From positions 1-5,276 of the IMG/VR virus record IMGVR_UViG_3300045988_121362: a DNA stretch of 5,276 bases; one strand, given 5' to 3'. Shown here in pieces: positions 1-5,128 of the stretch (positions are counted from its first letter, which is position 1; the number at the start of each line of letters is the position of its first letter). A program made the translations under genes and the position numbers. The DNA is from a virus. The notes under the pieces are model-generated. The model saw only the letters and a list, made by a program, of their open reading frames with translations. It did no database searches and was not told where the DNA came from.

Positions 1-93
1 AGAGTATTCCAAGGCAGACCGTCATCAGACAATCCAAGATTTTTGTAGTCAGAATTACGAGAAGTCTTATAATCATAGTCAGCCTTAGCAACA
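1..93. repeat. Terminal redundancy: nt 1..93 are identical to 5184..5276. This is the overlap of a circular genome written out linearly, unit length 5183 nt.
   Basis: Direct comparison of the first 93 nt with the last 93 nt shows an exact match (agagtattccaaggcagaccgtcatcagac...agccttagcaaca). ORFs run continuously across the junction. Confidence 0.95.
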
Positions 94-746
94 TTAGTTA
101 GCTGGGCATTATATGCAGCAGTACTATTAGCAGCATTACCTTGAGCATACATCATGGCAGCTTGAGCAGGCATAACTACATTCATCATATACTCTTGGGC
201 AAGCTTTTGAGAATCAATATATTCTCCTTGCTTTTTAGCATTTAAAAGATTCTGTTTAACCAGAGCCAAATTATCATTGTAAGAATCAGCAGCTAACTTA
301 TTGGCTAAAGAAATACCATAAGATTCAGCATCAAATTTTTTAGCACTAGCTCCAGCTAAAATAGTTTGGGCAGCTAAATTTTTTATCTGTTCATCACTCA
401 TTTTTTCAGCGATAGCAGCTTGACGATTAGCAGCCTTAGCAGAGTTACCAGCAGCAGTAGCAGACATACCGGCAGTCACACCTTCACCGATATTATAATT
501 TGCGGATAAAGCAGAAGCTCCATTAATAGAACCACCAATACCTTGAGTGGCAGCAAGCATAGGGTTCAATCCAGCTTTTTGCATATCTTCCATTGCCCAT
601 TGATAGCGATGCTGATAATTATAAATATTACGCTGGTTAGCTACCGTTGCAGCATGCCGAGCAGCAGAGTTAGACAAAGCACCACCAATGATAGATGAAA
701 TACCACCAGCAACAGCTCCAGCAGCAGATCCGAGAAAGGAACCCAT
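1..746 (-). CDS. VP2: VP2, the DNA pilot or minor capsid protein. This is the N-terminal 249 codons. The ORF runs off the window start and continues at 5183 across the circular junction, giving a full protein of 266 aa.
   Basis: ATG at 746..744 sits 6 nt after an AAGGAGTG site that overlaps the VP1 stop. I translated the '-' frame by hand from 746 to 1 and found no stop codons. The N-terminus is MGSFLGSAAGAVAGGISSIIGGALS, a Gly/Ala/Ser-rich start typical of gokushovirus VP2. The body is Ala/Gln/Asn-rich. Its position directly after VP1 matches Gokushovirinae. Confidence 0.8.
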   Translation of the reverse strand, partial: MGSFLGSAAGAVAGGISSIIGGALSNSAARHAATVANQRNIYNYQHRYQWAMEDMQKAGLNPMLAATQGIGGSINGASALSANYNIGEGVTAGMSATAAGNSAKAANRQAAIAEKMSDEQIKNLAAQTILAGASAKKFDAESYGISLANKLAADSYNDNLALVKQNLLNAKKQGEYIDSQKLAQEYMMNVVMPAQAAMMYAQGNAANSTAAYNAQLTNVAKADYDYKTSRNSDYKNLGLSDDGLPWNT

Positions 747-752
747 ATAGAT

Positions 753-760
753 CACTCCTT
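753..760 (-). promoter_or_regulatory. Shine-Dalgarno site for VP2 (AAGGAGTG). It overlaps the VP1 TAA stop at 761..759.
   Basis: Read on '-', the sequence is TAAGGAGTGATCTAT-ATG. This suggests VP1 and VP2 translation are coupled. Confidence 0.6.
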
Positions 761-2447
761 AGAAATGTCCAATCATACCAGGAATACCATACATAGGCAT
801 AGGACGGATACATTTAAGATTGAATTTAACATCAAGCAAGAAATGAGGATAGGACGGAACAGCAACAACACGGCTGATCGGAGGATGATCCTGTATAAAT
901 TCATCCGACAAAGTAGGCAGAGTAGCAAATTTTTGAGAAAGATGCCAAATGTCTAAAGGCTCCTTATAAGTTGAGCGGAATTGACCGGTAATCAAAGACG
1001 GCTTATAGCGATATTCAGCATAACGCTCTTGATAACCAAATACCTTTTTATCTTCATCATTGCCTTGGCAATAAATTTCAATATTTTCTATAGCCTGTTC
1101 ACCAAGGTGAGCAAAGGACGGCCAATAAAAATCCAACACATCCGAGCGTAACCACATTCTATTTATACCTTGCTGGTAAGTCAAATCAGCACGAACATTA
1201 ATCAAGCCAATAACATAACCAAATTCAGAGAAAGATTTTGTAAAGGCATGATAGCGTTGAGCATTTAAGCCATATGCAGCTAAATTACCTTGTGGAGTAG
1301 TAGAATCGGTGGAGCTAGTTTGAGTAACCGGGTTGATATTCATCATGCTGCTATGCGATCCGAGGAATTCCGGACGTTGCAAACGAGCATCAGGATTAGT
1401 TACACCGAAGTGAGCCTGAAGTTTTTCTGTGTAACGAGTGCCACCGCGAGCATCAATTTCATAGTAACGTTGCAACATGAAAGCCTGACGCAGTGAGTTA
1501 ATAGTTATAGAAGTTGCAGAAGACAAATCAACACTAACACCATTAACAGATTTAAGAGGGAATTCTTTAGGATTGGCACCAACACCATGAATAGTATCTG
1601 TTTCATAGTTATCAAAACCAAAAGAAGAAAGAGAATTAACGGAAAGATTAGTAGGGAAAAAACCATGATCAACATGAAAAGAAGATGAAATAGCTGCAAG
1701 ATAACCAGCAGGCATAGTTAAAGAAGCATTATCACCAACAACCAAAGCAGCAGTCTGTCCTAATGGCAGATCAACAGCAGGGCCTTTTTGTGGCCAAGGC
1801 AGAGCACCGGTGAAATAATCATATCTTTTTCCACGGGGAGCCGGGTCATACCAATTTTTTACGCCGGACGGCAAACCATAATTAGGATTAGCAGTAGATT
1901 GTCCCATTGGTTCCAAAACTGTATTAGTTTCACCTTTGGAAATCTTTACAGACTTCTGCAGATTTTCATCACGGAACCATTCGTTCCAAATAAGCCAATA
2001 CGAGCGGAAAGGCAAACAATTAACAGATACATTATTAAAATTACCAGAAGCACAAGCTATACCCATATAATCAGGCAGCTTGTTAGTCATATCACCGGTA
2101 AGAGATACAGTAGGAACAAGGTAGTCAGTGGAATCTTCGGGATTTTCCTGCTCACCACAAAGATTTACCCATTTATCATATACGAGCCTAGACGGAACGA
2201 AGAAGAAAAAAGACTCAATATAGATGTTATCCATAAAAGGAACAACCGGAGTAGCCAAACGGCAGAACTCAACAGGATTTAAAGTAAAAGTATCGCCTGG
2301 AATAACTTCATCCACAAAGTAAGGAATAAGCTGGCCTTCGTTAAAAGTAGTTTTGTAAACATGACTTCTATCAAAGACAGAACGGCGAATATTAGCTTGA
2401 GGAATCATCGCAAAATGCGACTGATTAACACGAATATTTCGAGCCAT
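759..2447 (-). CDS. VP1: VP1, the major capsid protein (F-like). It is 562 aa.
   Basis: ATG at 2447 sits 7 nt after AAGGAGA. The N-terminus MARNIRVNQSHFAMIPQANIRRSVFDRSHVYKTTFNEGQLIPYFVDEVIPGDTF matches the conserved gokushovirus VP1 start (RSxFDxSH..KTTF..G.LIP....EVLPGDT). It is the longest ORF in the genome. Confidence 0.92.
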   Translation of the reverse strand: MARNIRVNQSHFAMIPQANIRRSVFDRSHVYKTTFNEGQLIPYFVDEVIPGDTFTLNPVEFCRLATPVVPFMDNIYIESFFFFVPSRLVYDKWVNLCGEQENPEDSTDYLVPTVSLTGDMTNKLPDYMGIACASGNFNNVSVNCLPFRSYWLIWNEWFRDENLQKSVKISKGETNTVLEPMGQSTANPNYGLPSGVKNWYDPAPRGKRYDYFTGALPWPQKGPAVDLPLGQTAALVVGDNASLTMPAGYLAAISSSFHVDHGFFPTNLSVNSLSSFGFDNYETDTIHGVGANPKEFPLKSVNGVSVDLSSATSITINSLRQAFMLQRYYEIDARGGTRYTEKLQAHFGVTNPDARLQRPEFLGSHSSMMNINPVTQTSSTDSTTPQGNLAAYGLNAQRYHAFTKSFSEFGYVIGLINVRADLTYQQGINRMWLRSDVLDFYWPSFAHLGEQAIENIEIYCQGNDEDKKVFGYQERYAEYRYKPSLITGQFRSTYKEPLDIWHLSQKFATLPTLSDEFIQDHPPISRVVAVPSYPHFLLDVKFNLKCIRPMPMYGIPGMIGHF

Positions 2448-2454
2448 TTTAAAA

Positions 2455-2461
2455 TCTCCTT
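2455..2461 (-). promoter_or_regulatory. Shine-Dalgarno site for VP1 (AAGGAGA), 7 nt upstream of the ATG.
   Basis: The '-' strand reads ATTAAGGAGATTTTAAA-ATG. Confidence 0.6.
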
Positions 2462-2568
2462 AATTTTAATAAAAAGCCAAAAAGCACGAGAACGGCATTT
2501 TTGTTATCAAATCAGAAGGTAATTAAAAATAAATAAAAGGCTTATTTTTGAAGGTTTTTCTGATTTTG

Positions 2569-2616
2569 TGTCACCTTGACCAGTTACTATCAAGTAGGTA
2601 ACTGGTCAAGGTGACA
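2569..2616. repeat. Perfect 19-bp inverted repeat with a 10-nt loop: tgtcaccttgaccagttac [tatcaagtag] gtaactggtcaaggtgaca. It lies in the VP3-VP1 intergenic region.
   Basis: The arms at 2569..2587 and 2598..2616 are exact reverse complements. It is 38 nt downstream of the VP3 stop and 122 nt upstream of the VP1 start. Confidence 0.9.
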
Positions 2617-2654
2617 GGATTATTATTCTACATAAGTGAATATTAGCATATAAG

Positions 2655-3098
2655 TTATTTTTGCTCTGATTGAGGCTCTCCTGCTACCGAACCGACAGCT
2701 TCTACCGGACTGTCTACAATAGCCTTCTGTTTTAGGCCTAACTCCTCTAGTCTGGAAGTAACCTTAGGATCAGTAGAAGTCAGAGCATCAAGCAGCTGCC
2801 TTGGATCATTACCGAATTCAGCACGGACGCTGGAAGGCAAATCTGCAAATTCAGCATTAACATTTGCAACGAGGTTGCAGGCAGTTTCATAATCCGGCAA
2901 TAAGGTAGTATCTCCATATTGGAGAGTAGCCGGATCATGAGCACCAACAGAATCTACAATACCGGTAGTATTAAAGTTGGCTATAATATGATGAATATCG
3001 CATTCTTCAGCGAATGTCTGATCAGCAAGCGAAGGCTGCGTAATTTCTACGTGCGGTTTTGGCGGTTGTTCGTCATAAAGCGTATAAAACTTAGCCAT
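2655..3098 (-). CDS. VP3: VP3, the internal scaffolding protein. It is 147 aa.
   Basis: ATG at 3098 sits 8 nt after AAAGGAGAT. It carries the motif set I recall from gokushovirus VP3: ...EECDIHHIIANFNTTGI...LQYGDTT...EFADLPSSVRAEFGNDPRQLLDAL...LGL. The tail is acidic and Glu/Pro-rich. Confidence 0.8.
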   Translation of the reverse strand: MAKFYTLYDEQPPKPHVEITQPSLADQTFAEECDIHHIIANFNTTGIVDSVGAHDPATLQYGDTTLLPDYETACNLVANVNAEFADLPSSVRAEFGNDPRQLLDALTSTDPKVTSRLEELGLKQKAIVDSPVEAVGSVAGEPQSEQK

Positions 3099-3106
3099 AG
3101 CTTATT

Positions 3107-3115
3107 ATCTCCTTT
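3107..3115 (-). promoter_or_regulatory. Shine-Dalgarno site for VP3 (AAAGGAGAT).
   Basis: The '-' strand reads AAAGGAGATAATAAGCT-ATG. Confidence 0.55.
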
Positions 3116-3146
3116 CTTTACCCGACAAGGCACGAGCAACTATTTA

Positions 3147-3174
3147 TGTAAGCGTAGGCTTGCGCCGTGTTACA
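3147..3174. repeat. Imperfect hairpin: tgtaa/ttaca outer stem and gcgta/tgcgc inner stem, with loop ggct.
   Basis: 3147-3151 is complementary to 3170-3174. 3152-3156 pairs with 3161-3165, with one G-T wobble. Confidence 0.4.
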
Positions 3175-3216
3175 AAGTTATAATATAGGCGGAGTGACCG
3201 GCAGCTTAGCACAGTC

Positions 3217-3235
3217 ATACCGGCATAGCCGGTAT
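3217..3235. repeat. GC-rich hairpin ataccggc [ata] gccggtat: 8-bp perfect stem and 3-nt loop. It is followed on '+' by an A-rich run (ataaaaacaaaaaag).
   Basis: 3217-3224 is the exact reverse complement of 3228-3235. Confidence 0.8.
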
Positions 3236-3281
3236 ATAAAAACAAAAAAGACGTCCAACATTACGCTGAACGCCTTTAATG

Positions 3282-3325
3282 TGTTGTGGTATTACAACTT
3301 GCCTTGTTAGCATTATACCACAACA
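3282..3325. repeat. Hairpin with an 11-bp perfect stem (tgttgtggtat / ataccacaaca) and a 22-nt loop. The loop contains a 4-bp inner stem (acaa/ttgt) and the heptamer CAACTTG.
   Basis: 3282-3292 is the reverse complement of 3315-3325. Inner pairing is 3294-3297 with 3304-3307. Confidence 0.75.
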
Positions 3326-3354
3326 TACAAGAGAAGGCAAGCGAACGATTACAA

Positions 3355-3636
3355 TTACATTTTAGCAGTATCAGGGGGAGATGTCAATAATTCAGTGGCC
3401 GTAGAGAGGAGCAAAGTGGGAGATTGTGGGGAAAATACGCACGTTTTGTCATCAAACTCGCCAAGATACATCAAAACGAAGTCCTCATGATAATCATGAA
3501 TGATATTGGAACGCTCCGGAGTAGACGGCTGGTTAACCATAATCTGAAATTGACGGATAGCCATAGCATTATTTTGTTGGGTAAAGGGCGGGTTCATCAA
3601 CTCGCCCTTGCGGTCATAAATACAATAAAGTTTCAT
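3355..3636 (-). CDS. Hypothetical 93-aa protein (Y93) directly downstream of VP4. Its function is unknown. By position it may be a VP5-like protein.
   Basis: ATG at 3636 sits 5 nt after GAGGTG. It is on the same strand as all other genes. I recognise no motif in MKLYCIYDRKGELMNPPFTQQNNAMAIRQF... Confidence 0.6.
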   Translation of the reverse strand: MKLYCIYDRKGELMNPPFTQQNNAMAIRQFQIMVNQPSTPERSNIIHDYHEDFVLMYLGEFDDKTCVFSPQSPTLLLSTATELLTSPPDTAKM

Positions 3637-3641
3637 TTTTT

Positions 3642-3647
3642 CACCTC
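3642..3647 (-). promoter_or_regulatory. Shine-Dalgarno site for Y93 (GAGGTG).
   Basis: The '-' strand reads TTTGAGGTGAAAAA-ATG. Confidence 0.55.
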
Positions 3648-3733
3648 AAAATTTTTTTTCTTAAGCAAAGCAAGAAATTCCTGTTTTGCCAAATGCGGAA
3701 CAACATAATACAGTCCATCGAACAGAACAACCT

Positions 3734-4687
3734 TTATAAACCTAAATTATCAAAATCACGCTCAAATTGTTCCTGCCGATGCTTCATAATCTTCTCCTTG
3801 GCTTCCAGCCTTTTAGTATCGATAACGGCAGCCTTGGCATTATCAGCCTTATTTTGCTTGTATATACTATACCAAACGGGATTGCTGCGCTCAAATAATG
3901 TTTGATAATAACGAGGTATTTTATACTTAGCTCCATTGATAGTAACAAAACCAAGTTTAAAAATATCCTCAGAATAAAGACCGAAATAATCTGCACCTAT
4001 ACCAGGCTTTAAAGAACTGCCAACAAACTCCGGACTAATGCCGAGAGCATCATACATACAAGCGTTTTTACCGGTCTGCTTTTTAAGGCTATATTTAGCA
4101 ACATACCGAGCGGACTCAAATGTAATAGCTCCGACAGTATTATAACCATACGGCCAAAGTTTCTCCAGCGTGGGAGAGCGAAAGAGGTTATAGCCAGCTG
4201 TCAACGCCGAGATTTTGCGAACATCATCAGGAAACCAACCAAAGCACAAAATATGATAATGTGGACGAGCATTAAGATCGCCATACTCGCCGCAGCATAA
4301 AAAGCGGATCTTAGAATTATCATGATAATCTAAATAACGGCGAAGCCGTTTAAAAAACAACTGCAGGTGATCACGATGCAGCGAGTGATCCGCTGGCAAG
4401 CAATCGTCATTATAAGTTAAAGTGATAAAACAATTATGAAGATGCAGCTTTGCTTCGTGGACACAACGAATCGCCCAATCGTTAGCTTTATCCAAACGGC
4501 AGCCTAAACACTGACCGCAGGGAACAACAACAGCATAATTATTAGCTAACTCACTTTTAGCTATTTCAAGCGATTTACCGGACAGATCACGATAGGAAAC
4601 GAAATTAGATAGCTCATACTTACCATTAGCATTAGGAACAGCAGAGCGTTTAGCAAATAAAGGATGAAGGCAAGTCATAATACACAC
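3734..4687 (-). CDS. VP4: VP4, the rolling-circle replication initiator (phiX174 gpA-like superfamily endonuclease). It is 317 aa from the GTG at 4687, or 314 aa from the ATG at 4678.
   Basis: RCR motifs are present: CFITLTY (motif I), PHYHILCF (the HxH metal-binding motif II) and ARYVAKYSLKK (motif III, with two catalytic Tyr spaced as in phiX174 A, YVAKY). A Cys cluster PCGQCLGC is also present. The start is ambiguous. The first in-frame start is GTG and an ATG follows 3 codons later. Only a weak AGAAAG precedes either. Confidence 0.85.
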   Translation of the reverse strand: MCIMTCLHPLFAKRSAVPNANGKYELSNFVSYRDLSGKSLEIAKSELANNYAVVVPCGQCLGCRLDKANDWAIRCVHEAKLHLHNCFITLTYNDDCLPADHSLHRDHLQLFFKRLRRYLDYHDNSKIRFLCCGEYGDLNARPHYHILCFGWFPDDVRKISALTAGYNLFRSPTLEKLWPYGYNTVGAITFESARYVAKYSLKKQTGKNACMYDALGISPEFVGSSLKPGIGADYFGLYSEDIFKLGFVTINGAKYKIPRYYQTLFERSNPVWYSIYKQNKADNAKAAVIDTKRLEAKEKIMKHRQEQFERDFDNLGL

Positions 4688-4696
4688 ATCTTTCTA

Positions 4697-4810
4697 CTAC
4701 ATGCGGATACCGCCACGCATATTTCTTGACTTAAGATTTTTAAGCCGAGGGACAGCATGATTACGAAAGTTCCGACGAGAAGCACCACGAGAAATTTTAC
4801 TTCTTTTCAT
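4697..4810 (-). CDS. Small Arg/Lys-rich DNA-binding protein of 37 aa: MKRSKISRGASRRNFRNHAVPRLKNLKSRNMRGGIRM*. It is a functional analogue of phiX174 J and of gokushovirus ORF8.
   Basis: I translated it by hand. ATG at 4810 sits 8 nt after AAGGAGT (plus 4818-4824). The TAG stop is at 4699..4697. It has 13 R/K in 37 residues and no acidic residues. It lies between X89 and VP4. It is absent from the supplied track because it is under 60 aa. Confidence 0.7.
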   Translation of the reverse strand: MKRSKISRGASRRNFRNHAVPRLKNLKSRNMRGGIRM

Positions 4811-4817
4811 GACGTTT

Positions 4818-4824
4818 ACTCCTT
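4818..4824 (-). promoter_or_regulatory. Shine-Dalgarno site for the 37-aa basic protein (AAGGAGT).
   Basis: The '-' strand reads TTTAAGGAGTAAACGTC-ATG. Confidence 0.55.
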
Positions 4825-4848
4825 AAATAAATACCAAGAGTTAAAAGG

Positions 4849-5118
4849 TTAATTATTTTTTCCCAAAAAGCGGGAGTAGCTTTTCTCTTCCGCCTGCGCT
4901 GCTGCTGCATGGCGAAAGCCATTTACATCATCTGTACCTCTTTTCTGCGTATTGATAAGATCATCCTGCATAGCCAGAGAGATAGCTTTAAGGCTTGCGC
5001 TGCCTTCACGGTTATACTTGCCGGTACGAAACATATCAACGAAATCAACAACTTCTTGAATGAAAGGAATGACTGTAGATACGAGAAAAGTCAAAATAGC
5101 AGTAGTTTTGTTTGACAT
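4849..5118 (-). CDS. Small membrane-type protein of 89 aa (X89): MSNKTTAILTFLVSTVIPFIQEVVDFVDMF... It has an N-terminal hydrophobic helix and a charged C-terminal domain. It is a candidate lysis or membrane-associated protein.
   Basis: The internal ATG at 5118 of the 141-aa track ORF sits 6 nt after GAGGTG (plus 5125-5130). This RBS overlaps the VP2 TGA stop. The 52-codon extension upstream of this ATG lies in a different frame of the VP2 coding sequence and has no RBS. The hydrophobic stretch is at about residues 6-24. Confidence 0.6.
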   Translation of the reverse strand: MSNKTTAILTFLVSTVIPFIQEVVDFVDMFRTGKYNREGSASLKAISLAMQDDLINTQKRGTDDVNGFRHAAAAQAEEKSYSRFLGKNN

Positions 5119-5128
5119 AAAAAACACC

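Larger units (their letters stand above)
3120..3354. other. 235-nt non-coding, highly structured region between Y93 and VP3. It is a candidate origin, packaging or regulatory region.
   Basis: There is no ORF with an RBS on either strand. It contains at least three hairpins. It is the largest non-coding stretch in the genome. Confidence 0.6.

Noticed and set aside
1505-1699. 64-aa extremely hydrophobic ORF (MQLFHLLFMLIMVFSLLIF...) embedded in VP1 on the same strand in another frame. It is reminiscent of phiX174 E inside D.
   Set aside because: It starts with TTG and has no Shine-Dalgarno site. It is almost pure Leu/Phe/Ile/Val, which is what an off-frame reading of T-rich VP1 codons produces. 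It is most likely a frame artefact.
1788-2282. '+'-strand ORFs: 164 aa at 1788..2282, and also 765..956, 1290..1496, 2919..3188, 3424..3708, 3693..3905, 4909..5115.
   Set aside because: All are antisense to well-supported '-'-strand genes, lack RBSs and have low-complexity compositions. Microviridae transcribe one strand only.
2569-2616. Interpretation of the 19-bp inverted repeat as a rho-independent terminator for the '-'-strand operon.
   Set aside because: On the coding strand the stem is followed by an A-rich tract, not a U-rich one. The T-run is on the wrong side. The terminator reading is unsupported, so other roles are proposed instead.
3295-3301. CAACTTG heptamer in the loop of the 3282-3325 hairpin. 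It is identical to the start of the phiX174 gene A nick site (CAACTTG^ATATTAATAAC).
   Set aside because: It is on the '+' strand, while the genes, and therefore the presumed viral strand sense, are on '-', where it reads CAAGTTG. The downstream bases do not match the phiX origin. A 7-mer is expected about 0.6 times by chance in 5.2 kb on two strands. I keep it only as a weak pointer for the nicking assay.
3666-3707. 22-codon ORF (MLFRIWQNRNFLLCLRKKNFEV) in the VP4-Y93 intergenic spacer.
   Set aside because: It has no RBS, it overlaps the Y93 RBS, and it is too short. It is probably non-coding spacer.
3784-3996. 70-aa '-'-strand ORF nested inside VP4 in another frame.
   Set aside because: No RBS. 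It is a hydrophobic off-frame artefact of the VP4 coding sequence.
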